A stretch of DNA of 64,000 nucleotides from an uncultured Candidatus Saccharimonas sp. (GTDB lineage Bacteria > Patescibacteriota > Saccharimonadia > Saccharimonadales > AQU-01): NCBI GenBank assembly GCA_943358095.1, contig CALRGT010000002.1, positions 32,782-96,781 on the forward strand. Reading direction: 5' to 3'. The notes under the pieces were generated by a model. That model saw nothing but the letters and a program-made list of their open reading frames with translations. It did not search any database and was not told the origin of the DNA. This document shows positions 47,238 through 58,000 of this stretch, in pieces (within the stretch, counting starts at the first letter, position 1; every line of letters starts with the position of its first letter). The translations under genes were made by a program, and so were the position numbers.

Positions 47238-50138
47238 ATGAGCGACATCAAGAAATCACAATTTGCCGAAATCGAAGAAACTATGCTGGGTCTATGGGAA
47301 AGCGAGCAAACATTTCAGAAAAGTCTAGATCAGCGCAAAGGCCAGCCAAACTTTAGTTTTTATGACGGTCCGCCGTTTGCTAATGGTCTTCCTCACTTCG
47401 GCCACTCTCTTGTTACTAGTATCAAGGACTCTCTTGGTCGCTATAAAACAATGCAAGGCTTCTATGTCGAGCGCCGTAATGGCTGGGATTGCCATGGTTT
47501 GCCAGTAGAGTTTGCCATCGAGAAAGAGTTCGGAGTTAGTGGCAAGAAGCAGATTCTAGAGCTTGGCCTCGAGAAGTTCAACGCCGCTTGTAGAGCTTCG
47601 GTGTTTTCCTACAAGGCAACTTGGGAGGATTATTTCAAAAGAATAGGTCGCTGGACAGATACCGCCAACGCCTACGCTACTATCGATACCTCCTATACCG
47701 AAAGCGTCTGGTGGACTTTGAAGCAGATCAACGACAAAGGACTGCTCTATAAGGGTTATAAGAGTATGCCGTACTGCCCGCGCTGTGAAACGCCATTGTC
47801 TAACTTTGAAGTTAACGAAGGCTACAAGGACAATGTGCCCGACCCAAGCTTATTCGTAAAGTTTAAGTTAGCCGACGAAGAAGCGTCCATGTTGGCTTGG
47901 ACGACAACCCCTTGGTCATTACCGGGGAACGCCGCTTTGGCTGTTAATCCTGACGAACAGTATGTTTATGTTGATCTTTCTAACGAAGCTGGCGGCAAAG
48001 AAGTATTAATTTTGGCCAAAAAGCGACTAGAAGCGGTATTAAAAGATGAATCTACCTATACTGTCACCAAAGAGGTTAACGGCAAAGAACTAGCCGGCAA
48101 AAGCTATTTACCGCTGTTTACTAACGATAGTTGGCACTCACTAGAGGGGTTTGCTAATTTGTACCACATTCAACTAGCCTCATTTGTTAGTATAGACGAC
48201 GGTACGGGCGTGCTACATGTTGCGCCAGCCTTCGGTGAAGACGACTTGGCGTTAGGTTTGGAGCAGAACTTGCCAGTGCTTGCTACTGTCGATAATGGTG
48301 GTCATATTGTTGCTGGAATCGGTCTACCAGAAGCCGAAGGTAAGTTTTTTAAGGGCGCTGATAGGCCTATCGTTGCGTTCCTGACAACAAAAGGGGCTGT
48401 TTTCTCGGCTGAAACCTTTGAACACACCTATCCTTTCTGCTATCGCTGCGACACGCCACTACTTTATTATGCAATTTCCACTTGGTTCGTCAGAGTCTCT
48501 GCTATTAAGGAGCAAATGGCTAGTACTGCCAAAGATACTAACTGGATGCCAGAGCATATCAAGGACGGTCGCTTCGGTAAATGGCTAGAAGGCGCTCGTG
48601 ATTGGGCGATTAGTCGCAATAGATATTGGGGTGCGCCGATGCCAATTTGGGTCAACGAACAAGACGAAAATGACTATATTGTTGTTGAAAGTGTCGAACA
48701 GTTGCGTTCTTTGGCCGGAAATGACGCCAAACTCGACGATTTGCACCGACCTTTTATCGACAGTGTGACTTTTGTAAAAGACGGCAAGACTTATCGTAGA
48801 ATCGAAGAAGTTTTGGATTGCTGGTTTGAGTCGGGCAGTATGCCAGTCGCTCAGCAGCACTATCCTTTTGAGAACGAAGACAAGTTTAACTCCACATTCC
48901 CAGCCGATTACGTCGGTGAAGGACTTGATCAGACTAGACTTTGGTTTTATGTTCAGCATGTTATTTCTACGATTATTTTCGACAAGCCAGCCTACAAAAA
49001 TGTTCTAGTTAACGGTATTATTCTTGCCGCCGATGGTCAGAAGCTTAGTAAGCGACTCAAAAACTACCCTCCAGTAGACGATGTTTTCTCACAGGAAGGT
49101 GCAGATAGTCTGCGTCTATATCTGTTATCTAACTATCAGGCCGTTGCTGCCGACTATATGCGCTTTAGCCGCGATGCTTTGAAGGATTTGAACCGAAATG
49201 TACTGGGTACGCTACTCAACACGCAACACTTCTTCAAGATGTATACAGATATCGATAATTGGACTCCGGCCAAACAGTTAGCCGAGCCGGCCGTCGAACA
49301 CGTCCTTGACAAGTGGTTGCTATCCCGACTAAACGAAACTATCATTGAGACCACCAAGCAGGCCGACGATTTCAAATTGGCATATGCCATACAGCCAGTT
49401 TTCTCCTTGATTGACGACATGTCTAACTGGTATGTTAGGCGTTCACGCCGCCGTTTCTGGAAAAGTGAGGATGATGGCGACAAATTGCACGCCTACGAGA
49501 CTTTGCATTATGTTTTGGCTAGTATTAGTCAGTTATTAGCACCGTGGGCGCCGTTTGTTAGCGATAAGTTGTGGCGCGAACTAATGTCCACCACTGATAT
49601 GCCGACTTCGGTTCACTTGAGTGACTGGCCAAAAGCTGGAGAAGTCGATCAAACACGGATTAGCGATATGCAGGCCACCCGCGAAGTCATAAACCTCGCT
49701 CTTAGTAAGCGTGCCGAAGCAAAGATCAAAGTTAGGCAGCCACTTCTTAAGGTTACGCTTCCTATGGAGCTCAGCGACGAGCTAAAGGCTGTTGTTGCTG
49801 ACGAAGTTAATGTACGGGAGGTGTTAGTCGATAAGTCTATTCAAGAGGTGGCGCTGGATATCACCCTAAACGATGAGCTTAAGGCTGAAGGTCTAATGCG
49901 AGATTTGGTGCGAATGATTCAGTCGTCACGCAAACAGGCTGGCCTAGAAGTTAGCGATCGAATTAAACTAGTTGTTGAATCAACCGACGAATTGGTCCAG
50001 GCGGCTTTGACGGCTCACGACAGCACAATCAAGCAAGAAACTTTGGCCGTAACCATAGAACAACAGGGAACAGGCGATTTTGAGGCAGAAGTTCGACTAG
50101 AAGGCAAAGAAGTTCATATCGCAATCAGTAAAGCGTGA
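47238..50138 (+). CDS. ileS: Isoleucyl-tRNA synthetase
   Basis: The 966-aa ORF has PPFANGLPHFGH (HIGH-class), an editing-domain insert, KLSKRLKN (KMSKS variant) and an anticodon-binding domain. Confidence 0.95.
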   Translation: MSDIKKSQFAEIEETMLGLWESEQTFQKSLDQRKGQPNFSFYDGPPFANGLPHFGHSLVTSIKDSLGRYKTMQGFYVERRNGWDCHGLPVEFAIEKEFGVSGKKQILELGLEKFNAACRASVFSYKATWEDYFKRIGRWTDTANAYATIDTSYTESVWWTLKQINDKGLLYKGYKSMPYCPRCETPLSNFEVNEGYKDNVPDPSLFVKFKLADEEASMLAWTTTPWSLPGNAALAVNPDEQYVYVDLSNEAGGKEVLILAKKRLEAVLKDESTYTVTKEVNGKELAGKSYLPLFTNDSWHSLEGFANLYHIQLASFVSIDDGTGVLHVAPAFGEDDLALGLEQNLPVLATVDNGGHIVAGIGLPEAEGKFFKGADRPIVAFLTTKGAVFSAETFEHTYPFCYRCDTPLLYYAISTWFVRVSAIKEQMASTAKDTNWMPEHIKDGRFGKWLEGARDWAISRNRYWGAPMPIWVNEQDENDYIVVESVEQLRSLAGNDAKLDDLHRPFIDSVTFVKDGKTYRRIEEVLDCWFESGSMPVAQQHYPFENEDKFNSTFPADYVGEGLDQTRLWFYVQHVISTIIFDKPAYKNVLVNGIILAADGQKLSKRLKNYPPVDDVFSQEGADSLRLYLLSNYQAVAADYMRFSRDALKDLNRNVLGTLLNTQHFFKMYTDIDNWTPAKQLAEPAVEHVLDKWLLSRLNETIIETTKQADDFKLAYAIQPVFSLIDDMSNWYVRRSRRRFWKSEDDGDKLHAYETLHYVLASISQLLAPWAPFVSDKLWRELMSTTDMPTSVHLSDWPKAGEVDQTRISDMQATREVINLALSKRAEAKIKVRQPLLKVTLPMELSDELKAVVADEVNVREVLVDKSIQEVALDITLNDELKAEGLMRDLVRMIQSSRKQAGLEVSDRIKLVVESTDELVQAALTAHDSTIKQETLAVTIEQQGTGDFEAEVRLEGKEVHIAISKA

Positions 50139-50211
50139 CACTAAGGCTTTACAGATACAAGCATCTCTGGTACACTTGTTCGGTATCTAATTTTCTAAAC
50201 AGAAGAAATAA

Positions 50212-50517
50212 ATGAAAAAAGCAGTTATCGCAACCGGTGGAAAACAATATCTCGTCACAGAAGGCGAAACACTTGAAATTGAGCTAATTGGCGACGAAAA
50301 AGTCACCAGCTTCGACGCACTACTAGTTATCGACGGCGACAAAACCACCGTTGGAACACCTACAGTAGCTGGCGTTAAGGTATCAGCAGAAATTGTCGAA
50401 CAAGATATCCAGGGCGACAAAGTTATAGCTATCCGTTACAAGGCTAAAAAGCGTGTCCACAAAATTCATGGTCACCGCCAACACCACACCGTTATCAAGA
50501 TCTCAAAAATCGCCTAA
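50212..50517 (+). CDS. rplU: 50S ribosomal protein L21
   Basis: The ORF MKKAVIATGGKQYLVTEGETLEIE...RYKAKKRVHKIHGHRQHHTVIKI is a typical L21. Confidence 0.93.
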   Translation: MKKAVIATGGKQYLVTEGETLEIELIGDEKVTSFDALLVIDGDKTTVGTPTVAGVKVSAEIVEQDIQGDKVIAIRYKAKKRVHKIHGHRQHHTVIKISKIA

Positions 50518-50530
50518 ATATCGACTTTTA

Positions 50531-50561
50531 ACCCAGAATTGTAAAGATTCTGGGTTTTTTA
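50531..50561 (+). terminator. Intrinsic terminator after rplU
   Basis: CCCAGAAT (50532-50539) pairs with ATTCTGGG (50547-50554), followed by TTTTTT. Confidence 0.8.
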
Positions 50562-50893
50562 TTTGGGATTCGATTAGCAGAGTATGAATTGCTTATGCTT
50601 ATTGCCGCCGAAATAGTCAGTTAAAGCGTTGTATGAGCCTGTCTGGCGGGGATTACTGCTTGATTCGGTAGATTGAACATATTTGTATAGCAGAGCGCTG
50701 TAAGGGCTATAAAATGCCTAGTCGCTTACTACTTTATGCTAGTGGGCCCTCTTAGTTGCTGGTCGGAGTCAATGAGTCAAAGCTTTGGAACAAATAAGGT
50801 GCATGCTTTTGAGTAAAATCAAAAAAACTTTATGTTACAATGATTGCCATAAGCGGTCTATCTGGAGTAATAAGAGTGGCTAAACAATTTATT

Positions 50894-51718
50894 ATGAAAA
50901 TCATGAAGCAGCTAACAGCGACTACTGCTGTTTTATGTCTATTCTCGGGTATTATTCTGCCTCTTGCCGCTAGCGCCGCTAGCATAGCTCAAGGATACGT
51001 AACTTCTGACACAGATTTGGTTGTAGGAATGGCAGCGTCACTGAATGCCGAAAGCGCGACAAAGACCCAAAATGTTGTTCGTTCTGGGACTAGCAATAAA
51101 GCAAAATTCGTTGGTATTATCACAACAAAGAACGCCAATCTTCTAACGCTCACAAATAATAACTCAACTGTTGTTGTAGCTACATCAGGTGAGGTTTACG
51201 CGTTTGTAACAGATATAAATGGTGTTGTAAAAAAGGGTGATAACTTATCAGTTTCACCAATAAAAGGCCTACTGATGAAGTCAGAAGTCAATGAGGTGAG
51301 TGTTGTAGGTTCAGCACTCGAAGACGCCGCCGGCAAAATTTCTACTAAACAAAATATTGACGTTTCTGGTGGCAAAAGACAGGAAATTTCAGTCACTAGT
51401 TTGCAAATAGAAGTTAATCCTCACAACCTAGCAGGTGGTGACGCCAAGAATCAGTCTTTTCTCAGAATTTTGGGTCAGAATGTTGCCGGCAAACAAGTCA
51501 GCGACTGGCAGGCTGTCATCGCTTTAGTCGTGTTTTTACTCTTGTTAGTTGTCGAAGGTTCGTTGATTTATGGCTCTGTTCATAGCTCGATTACGGCCCT
51601 GGGCAGGAATCCTATGGCCCGTGACGCCGTTTATCGCCAATTAGCTCAGGTTTTGTTGGCCGTTTTAGCTGTTCTGGCCTTCGGTGTAGCTATTATTTAC
51701 TTAGTTTTGCAGATCTAG
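50894..51718 (+). CDS. Hypothetical secreted/membrane protein (signal peptide plus two C-terminal TM helices)
   Basis: The ORF-track start 50840 overlaps a TGTTACAAT -10 box, so I prefer ATG 50894 (MKIMKQLTATTAVLCLFSGIILPLAASAAS...). The C-terminus has VIALVVFLLLLVVEG and LLAVLAVLAFGVAIIYLVL. Confidence 0.55.
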   Translation: MKIMKQLTATTAVLCLFSGIILPLAASAASIAQGYVTSDTDLVVGMAASLNAESATKTQNVVRSGTSNKAKFVGIITTKNANLLTLTNNNSTVVVATSGEVYAFVTDINGVVKKGDNLSVSPIKGLLMKSEVNEVSVVGSALEDAAGKISTKQNIDVSGGKRQEISVTSLQIEVNPHNLAGGDAKNQSFLRILGQNVAGKQVSDWQAVIALVVFLLLLVVEGSLIYGSVHSSITALGRNPMARDAVYRQLAQVLLAVLAVLAFGVAIIYLVLQI

Positions 51719-52070
51719 CCTAGCTGTTTTCTCGGTTATAGACTTTTTTATGGCAATTTGATGGTATTTTTTGGTTTGCCTAGTTCTTTTTTTGCCATTT
51801 AAAATATTTTGCATATTTTGGCGTCTTTTGCATCTATGTAACATTCTATCGGTTTAGTCATATATTTTTACGAATCCGCATCTGTTAAATATAATTATTG
51901 AGTACCTAGTAAACTCATAAATTCTCTACTTTTTAACTCGATATTTTTAGGTTGTGGATAAGTTATTAAAAAAGTATTCAAAATACCCCGAAAACGCTTT
52001 TGTTTATATAAGTAATAAACTACACTAATAACAGGTTAATTCATTCAGAATTACAGACAAACAAAAATCA

Positions 52071-55000
52071 ATGCAAGATTCAACTAACACACAGCCAAAT
52101 CTCACCCCTGTTGTTACCCCTAATACGGGCTCTATTGAAGGCATAACTCCGGTACAAAATATACAAAATTCACCAGTTTATCCTGAACAAAAAATAGATA
52201 ACACCGTTGTTTCTTCGCTGACTTCAGTTGCTAGTCCTGATGTGCAGGTTCAAGAAGCCTTTATGGATCAGAGTTCGCTTGAGAATTCCGGTCTACTTGA
52301 CGCTGTAGACACTGGATCACTGATCAACCAAGATAATTACGCTACACCGAAGGCAAAGCGTCGTTCTGCCAAAACTCCTTTCATCATCACTGGTCTAACT
52401 CTTGTGGTAGCTCTCATCATTGCTGGCCTTGGTAGCTATTTTGCCAAGCGCACTACTGTCGCCGATAAGAGTGTCTCACAGCAGGTTGTTGAGCAGTCAG
52501 TCGACTCCGCACTCCTACGTGTTGACCCTCTAAGCCTGCTTTCTCCTGTTGGTGTCATAGGTCAACAACTTCTTGTGAATGGTAATGCCGACTTCACAGG
52601 TAACATAACCGCCAATAACTTCTTTGGTAACGGTTCTGGTATTACCGACCTAAAGGCCGCTAACTGTGATGATTGTGTCATGCTTCAGCCAACCACTCCT
52701 GGCTTGGCTCAGGTTGGAGGCATCAATGTTGCGGGTAATGGTTTGTTCGGCAAACTAGGGGTGGGCACTCAGAATCCTGCCTATACCGTTGATGTTTTGG
52801 GTGACATAAACGCCAGCTCAAGTCTTAAAGTTAACGGTGTTACTGTTTGTACTGTTGCTGGTTGTGGAGCTACAAGTGGTCTAACCTCTGCTGTTACTCA
52901 ACTAGACGGACTTGTCGGCAATCTGCTAATAAGCAATACATCTGGTATTGGCACAACGATTACCATCAACGACGCCTCCACAACAGGTAAGGGAATAGCT
53001 CAGTTTAGCGCTACTAACTTCTTAGTTTCTGGCGGTACAGTCAACACTATCCAAGACATTACAAACGCTTCTATCCCAACTTTTGGTGGAATTATCTTGA
53101 ACGGTAACGTCACTCTCGGTACTACTGGTACTGTCTTTAGCAATAACCTGAGTCAGACTAGTGCTGGCAATGCTGTTGTTGTTAACGCCGCTGCCGATCA
53201 AATCACTTTCCAGGCTAATGGCCGAACTTTCCAGTTCCCGAGCACTGGGGTAGCTAATCAAACCATCTGTACTACTGGTATTACCTGTGTAGCAGGTGGT
53301 GGTCAGGCGATTTTGCTGGCACCCGGCAGCGCCCAAACAGACACCTCTGTAGATGTCTCCATATTCGTAAACGATACTGGGGGCGGTAATCTTTTACAAC
53401 TCCAGACTGCTGGAGCCGATAAGTTTGTCGTCGCTAACAACGGCGACACTTCTATAAATGCCATCCTTAAGGTTAATACCATTACACCTACAGCATCCTT
53501 TACAGTTGGCTCTAGTACTCAGACTATTACTCTTCAGGGTGATGCCAGCTCGACCTTTAATGCAACTGGCGGTGGTTTTACTTCAAGTCTTGGTTTTACT
53601 TCGCCAACCGCTAATAGGACAATTACCATCCCTAACGCTAGTGGTACAGTTGCGGTCAGCGCCAGTGGTAATATTAGCCTTAGCGCCAGCGGTAATGTAA
53701 CTTTCACCGGCCTATTACCGATCGGGAGCGGCGGTACGAACTCTTCAACTGCCGGAGGTGCTCTCACCAATCTAGGTGCTGCCGCTAGCGGTGCTAACTC
53801 CGACATCACTAGCACATCAGCATTAGCTACCGCTACTGGACTCAACACCATCACTCCGACTGGTGCTTTGACTGTTGGTGCTGTATCTCAGTCCATAACT
53901 CTACAGGGTTCTACTGCCACATTGACCAGTAATGGTGCAGGCAATGACATTACGCTAACTTCGGCCGACGCCATTATTTTGTCAGCTGTCGGTAATGTTA
54001 CATTCTCTGGATTTAATTGTACGACCTTTTCAAACGGCGGTACGCTGACGACTGACGCCAGCGGCAATGTAACTTGTTCTAACGATGATGGTGGAGCTAC
54101 TCCAACTCTGCAAACTACCTATAACGCTTCTACTAATCCAGAACTAACCGTCGACGCTACTAGAGGTGCTTTGACTGTTCGAGACAACTCTACTCCAATC
54201 GCCGCTAATCTGTTAGAAGTTCAAAATAACAGTGGTAGCACGACTTACTTTAGGGTTGACGCTAACGGCATTGAAACTACAGGCACGACCACCAGTACCG
54301 GCAATATTAACTCTAGTGGCGGCGTAATCCAGACTAATAGCGTGACTCGTATCGATAACTCCGGCAACTTAACTAACATTGGTACAATTAACAGCCAGAC
54401 TATCTCATCATCAGCCAACTTTACTGGCACAGTATCTGTCGCTACTAGCCTAACATCACCACTGTTAAGCAGTGTCGGAGCGCTAACTATTACGCCAGGA
54501 GGTGCTTTCGTAGTTGGCGCTACCAGCCAAAGCCTATCGCTTCAGGGTAACGGTTCTACTACTCTTAGCTCCACTAGCGGTGGCTTTACTAACACCCTAG
54601 GATTTACTACACCAGCTGGCTCCAACAAGTCCATCACCATCCCTAACGCTAGTGGTACAGTTGCGGTCAGCGCCAGTGGTAATATTAGTCTCAGCGTTAG
54701 CGGAGATATTACCTTCACCGGCCTATTACCGATCGCTAACGGCGGCACGAACTCTTCTACTGCCGGAGGTGCTCTCACCAATCTAGGTGCTGCTGCCAGC
54801 GGTGCAAACTCTGACATAATTAGCACATCAGCATTAGCCACCGCTACTGGACTCAACACCATCACTCCGACTGGTGCTTTGACTGTTGGCGCTACTAGCC
54901 AGGCCTTTACATTGCAGGGTAATGCTAGCTCGATAATTACTGCCACAGGTGGTGGGTTTTCTACAACAGTTGGCTTTTCTGGAACGCCTACCGGTGGAGT

Positions 55001-58000
55001 AGCTTACAATTTTGATCGTTCTGCTCTAGCTGGAACTTATACAATCTGTACAACAGTAGGTAACTGTGTGGGTGCTGGCGGTGGTGTTACTACTGCCGGA
55101 GGAACGGCAGGAAAACTAGCTAAGTTCACTGCAGGCAGCGTCATAGCTGATTCAATCATTAGTGAGTCTGGCGTTATTGTTACTGTTGCTGGTGAAGCAG
55201 TTCTTCAAGGCTCCGGCGGTTTAACTCTAGGTCAAGCATCAACAGCCACAGGTAAAATAGTCTTTAACAACATCGGTAACGCAAACACCATCACTCTTCA
55301 AAGTGGCAATCCTGGCTCAAATGTGACCTTAACTCTTCCAATCACTGCTGGAGCTAACGGTGATTGTATAACCAGTAACGGTTCAGGAGTTCTAAGCTTT
55401 ACTGCCTGTACCGGCGGACCAGGTGGCGGTGTTACTAGCGTAGACGGCCTAATAGGAGTTTTGACTATTGCTAATTCGAGTGGTTCTCTAAGTACGATAA
55501 CTATCGATGACGCCACAACCTCAAGCAAGGGTATAGCCCAGTTCAACAGCACAAACTTCACAGCCAGTAGCGGTACCATCAACACTATCCAGAACATCGA
55601 CTCAACAGCTACTCCTAGCTTTGCTGGTCTAAGCGTTACGACTGCAACAGGGCTAACATTAGGTACTGGAACGGCTGCAGGTAAATTAGTTGTACGTGAC
55701 GGTATCTCGGCATTTGGTAGCACCTTCCAGACAACCACTCTTACTGGCAATCAAGTGATTACCATTCCTAACGCTGGTGGTACCTTAGCAGTCAGCGCCA
55801 GCGGTAACATTAGTCTCAGCGCCAGCGGAGATATTACCTTCACAGGCCTATTACCGATCGCTAATGGCGGTACGAACTCTTCTACTGCCGGAGGTGCACT
55901 CACCAATCTAGGTGCTGCCGCAAGCGGTGCTAACTCCGACATCACTAGCCTTAGTGGCCTTACCACTGCGCTATCTGTTGCTCAAGGTGGCACAGCATTG
56001 GCCACAATTCCAACAAATGGTCAGTTATTGATAGGTAACGGCACTAACTACACACTGGCTGGACTCAGCGGTACCGGTATAACTGTTACTAACGGAGCCG
56101 GCAGTATTGGCTTGGCAACTATTTATGGCTCAGGCTCGAACACGGCCGCACAAGGCAACGTAACCTTTACTTGCCCTAGTGGAACAGGCAACTTATCTGG
56201 TACCGGTAACGCCATAACTATCGGTAGCGGTGGAACATGTAACAGCTTAACTGTAGTAAATAATCCAACATTCTCTGGACTTGTAACCGGCCAAGCTGGA
56301 CTAGTTGTAACAAACGGTGGATCGCTATCTACACAAAAGGGAACTGACTATGCCACGACTGGCGTGACGAGCGACGTAAACTTGGGTGCTGCTAGTCTTT
56401 ATCGACTCACTGGTATAAGTGCTCAAACCATCACCGGCTTTAGTGGTGGCGTCGATGGCCGTATCCTGACATTAATAAACGCTGGTTCAGCCACTGCCGT
56501 ATTGAGCAACTTAACCACCTCAGCTGCTGGTAATCAGATTAGTACTGGTTCTGGTAGTGATGTAAATCTACCAATTGGTAGCTCTATTTCGTTGATTTAT
56601 GATTCGGCCGCTAGTCTATGGCGCGTCAATGGTAGTCCTGCAGGCAGTGGCTTGTCTGGGGTTACTAACGACACTAACGTTACTGGAGTGTTAGCTTCTA
56701 ATGTACTAACACTTGGCTGGACAGGCACATTAGCGGTTGGGCGTGGCGGCCTAGGCGTCGGCAGCCTTACTAGTAACGGAATTCTCTACGGTAATGGTAG
56801 TAGCGCTGTTCAGGCCACTGCATCGGCTGCAAACAGTATTTTAATAACCGACGGTAGTAGTGTGCCAGCGCTTAGTCAGACATTACCTACTTTAGTGCAA
56901 GGTAATATAACTTCAACGGGCGCACTAAACTCAGGATCAATTACCTCTGGCTTCGGAGTTATAGATAACGGCTCCGACACAATTACTACAACCGGTACAA
57001 TTGGTACCGCCGGCACCACTACCTTCACCGGTAATACCGCAACATTCTCTGGTGGTGTTATAGCACCAAGTCTAGAGCGAGCCACGGCTGGCACCTTAAC
57101 TATAGGCAGCACATCCAACACTACTGCCATAAGTGAGGGTCGTACTGGAATTACAACGACCAATGCTGGTGCGCTTACAGTTTCGGAAGCCTTTAGTGCG
57201 AACCTCGGCGCAACAGTAACAGGCGGAGCAGTTACGCTGAACTCAACAGGCTCGTCTAACTTCAACACAGACATTAATACTGGCACATCTACAGGAGCTA
57301 TAAACATTGGTAACTCATTATCTGGAGCAATTAGTCTTCAGAGTAGTTCTTATGTGTCGGTGGGTGCTAGTGACACAACAGGTACGCTGTTGATACTTGA
57401 TACCAAGACAGACGCATCTGATCCTAGCGGTTCAAACGGCGGTATGTACTACAACTCTAGCCTAGGCAAGTTCCGTTGTTATGAGAACAGTGTTTGGAAA
57501 GACTGCGGCACATCAACTCCAACTAGCTTGCAAGGAGCATACACTCAGTCAGCCGGCGCCAGCCCATCCATAACCCTGACCAATGCCTTCGGAGGAATTA
57601 ATATCGTTGACGGCACAACTCCAGTAGCCGGTAACCTATTCTCCATCAAGAATAACGCCGCTACCGCCACTTACTTCGGCATAACCTCTACAGGTTTATT
57701 GATCCAAGATGCTTCTGCTACTAACGCTCTAGCGTTTGATTCGTCGACTAAAACCTTAAAGGTCTACGGTACGAGTGGCGCTGGATATGCTGGTGTTAGC
57801 TATACTGATGCTACCAGTACGGCTATTTTTGCCGCTTCTTCTGGCGGCGTATCACAACTTGGTAACGGTAACGGTAATGTTACTATTTCGCTTGGTGGTG
57901 CAACTGACGCGCTTAACTTCGACAAGACATATACACCTATTGCCGCCTACAGTTCGTCTGATTTCAATGTTATCCGCAACCTGACTGGTACATCCTTCGC

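Noticed and set aside
51953-51961. A perfect DnaA-box sequence TGTGGATAA upstream of the giant gene, and a TTATGCACA box (minus strand, 5857-5865) in the ORF-free region. I considered a possible oriC.
   Set aside because: These are single isolated boxes with no cluster. No dnaA/dnaN is nearby and no AT-rich 13-mer array was recognised. An isolated 9-mer match is not strong evidence on its own. This needs whole-chromosome GC-skew analysis.
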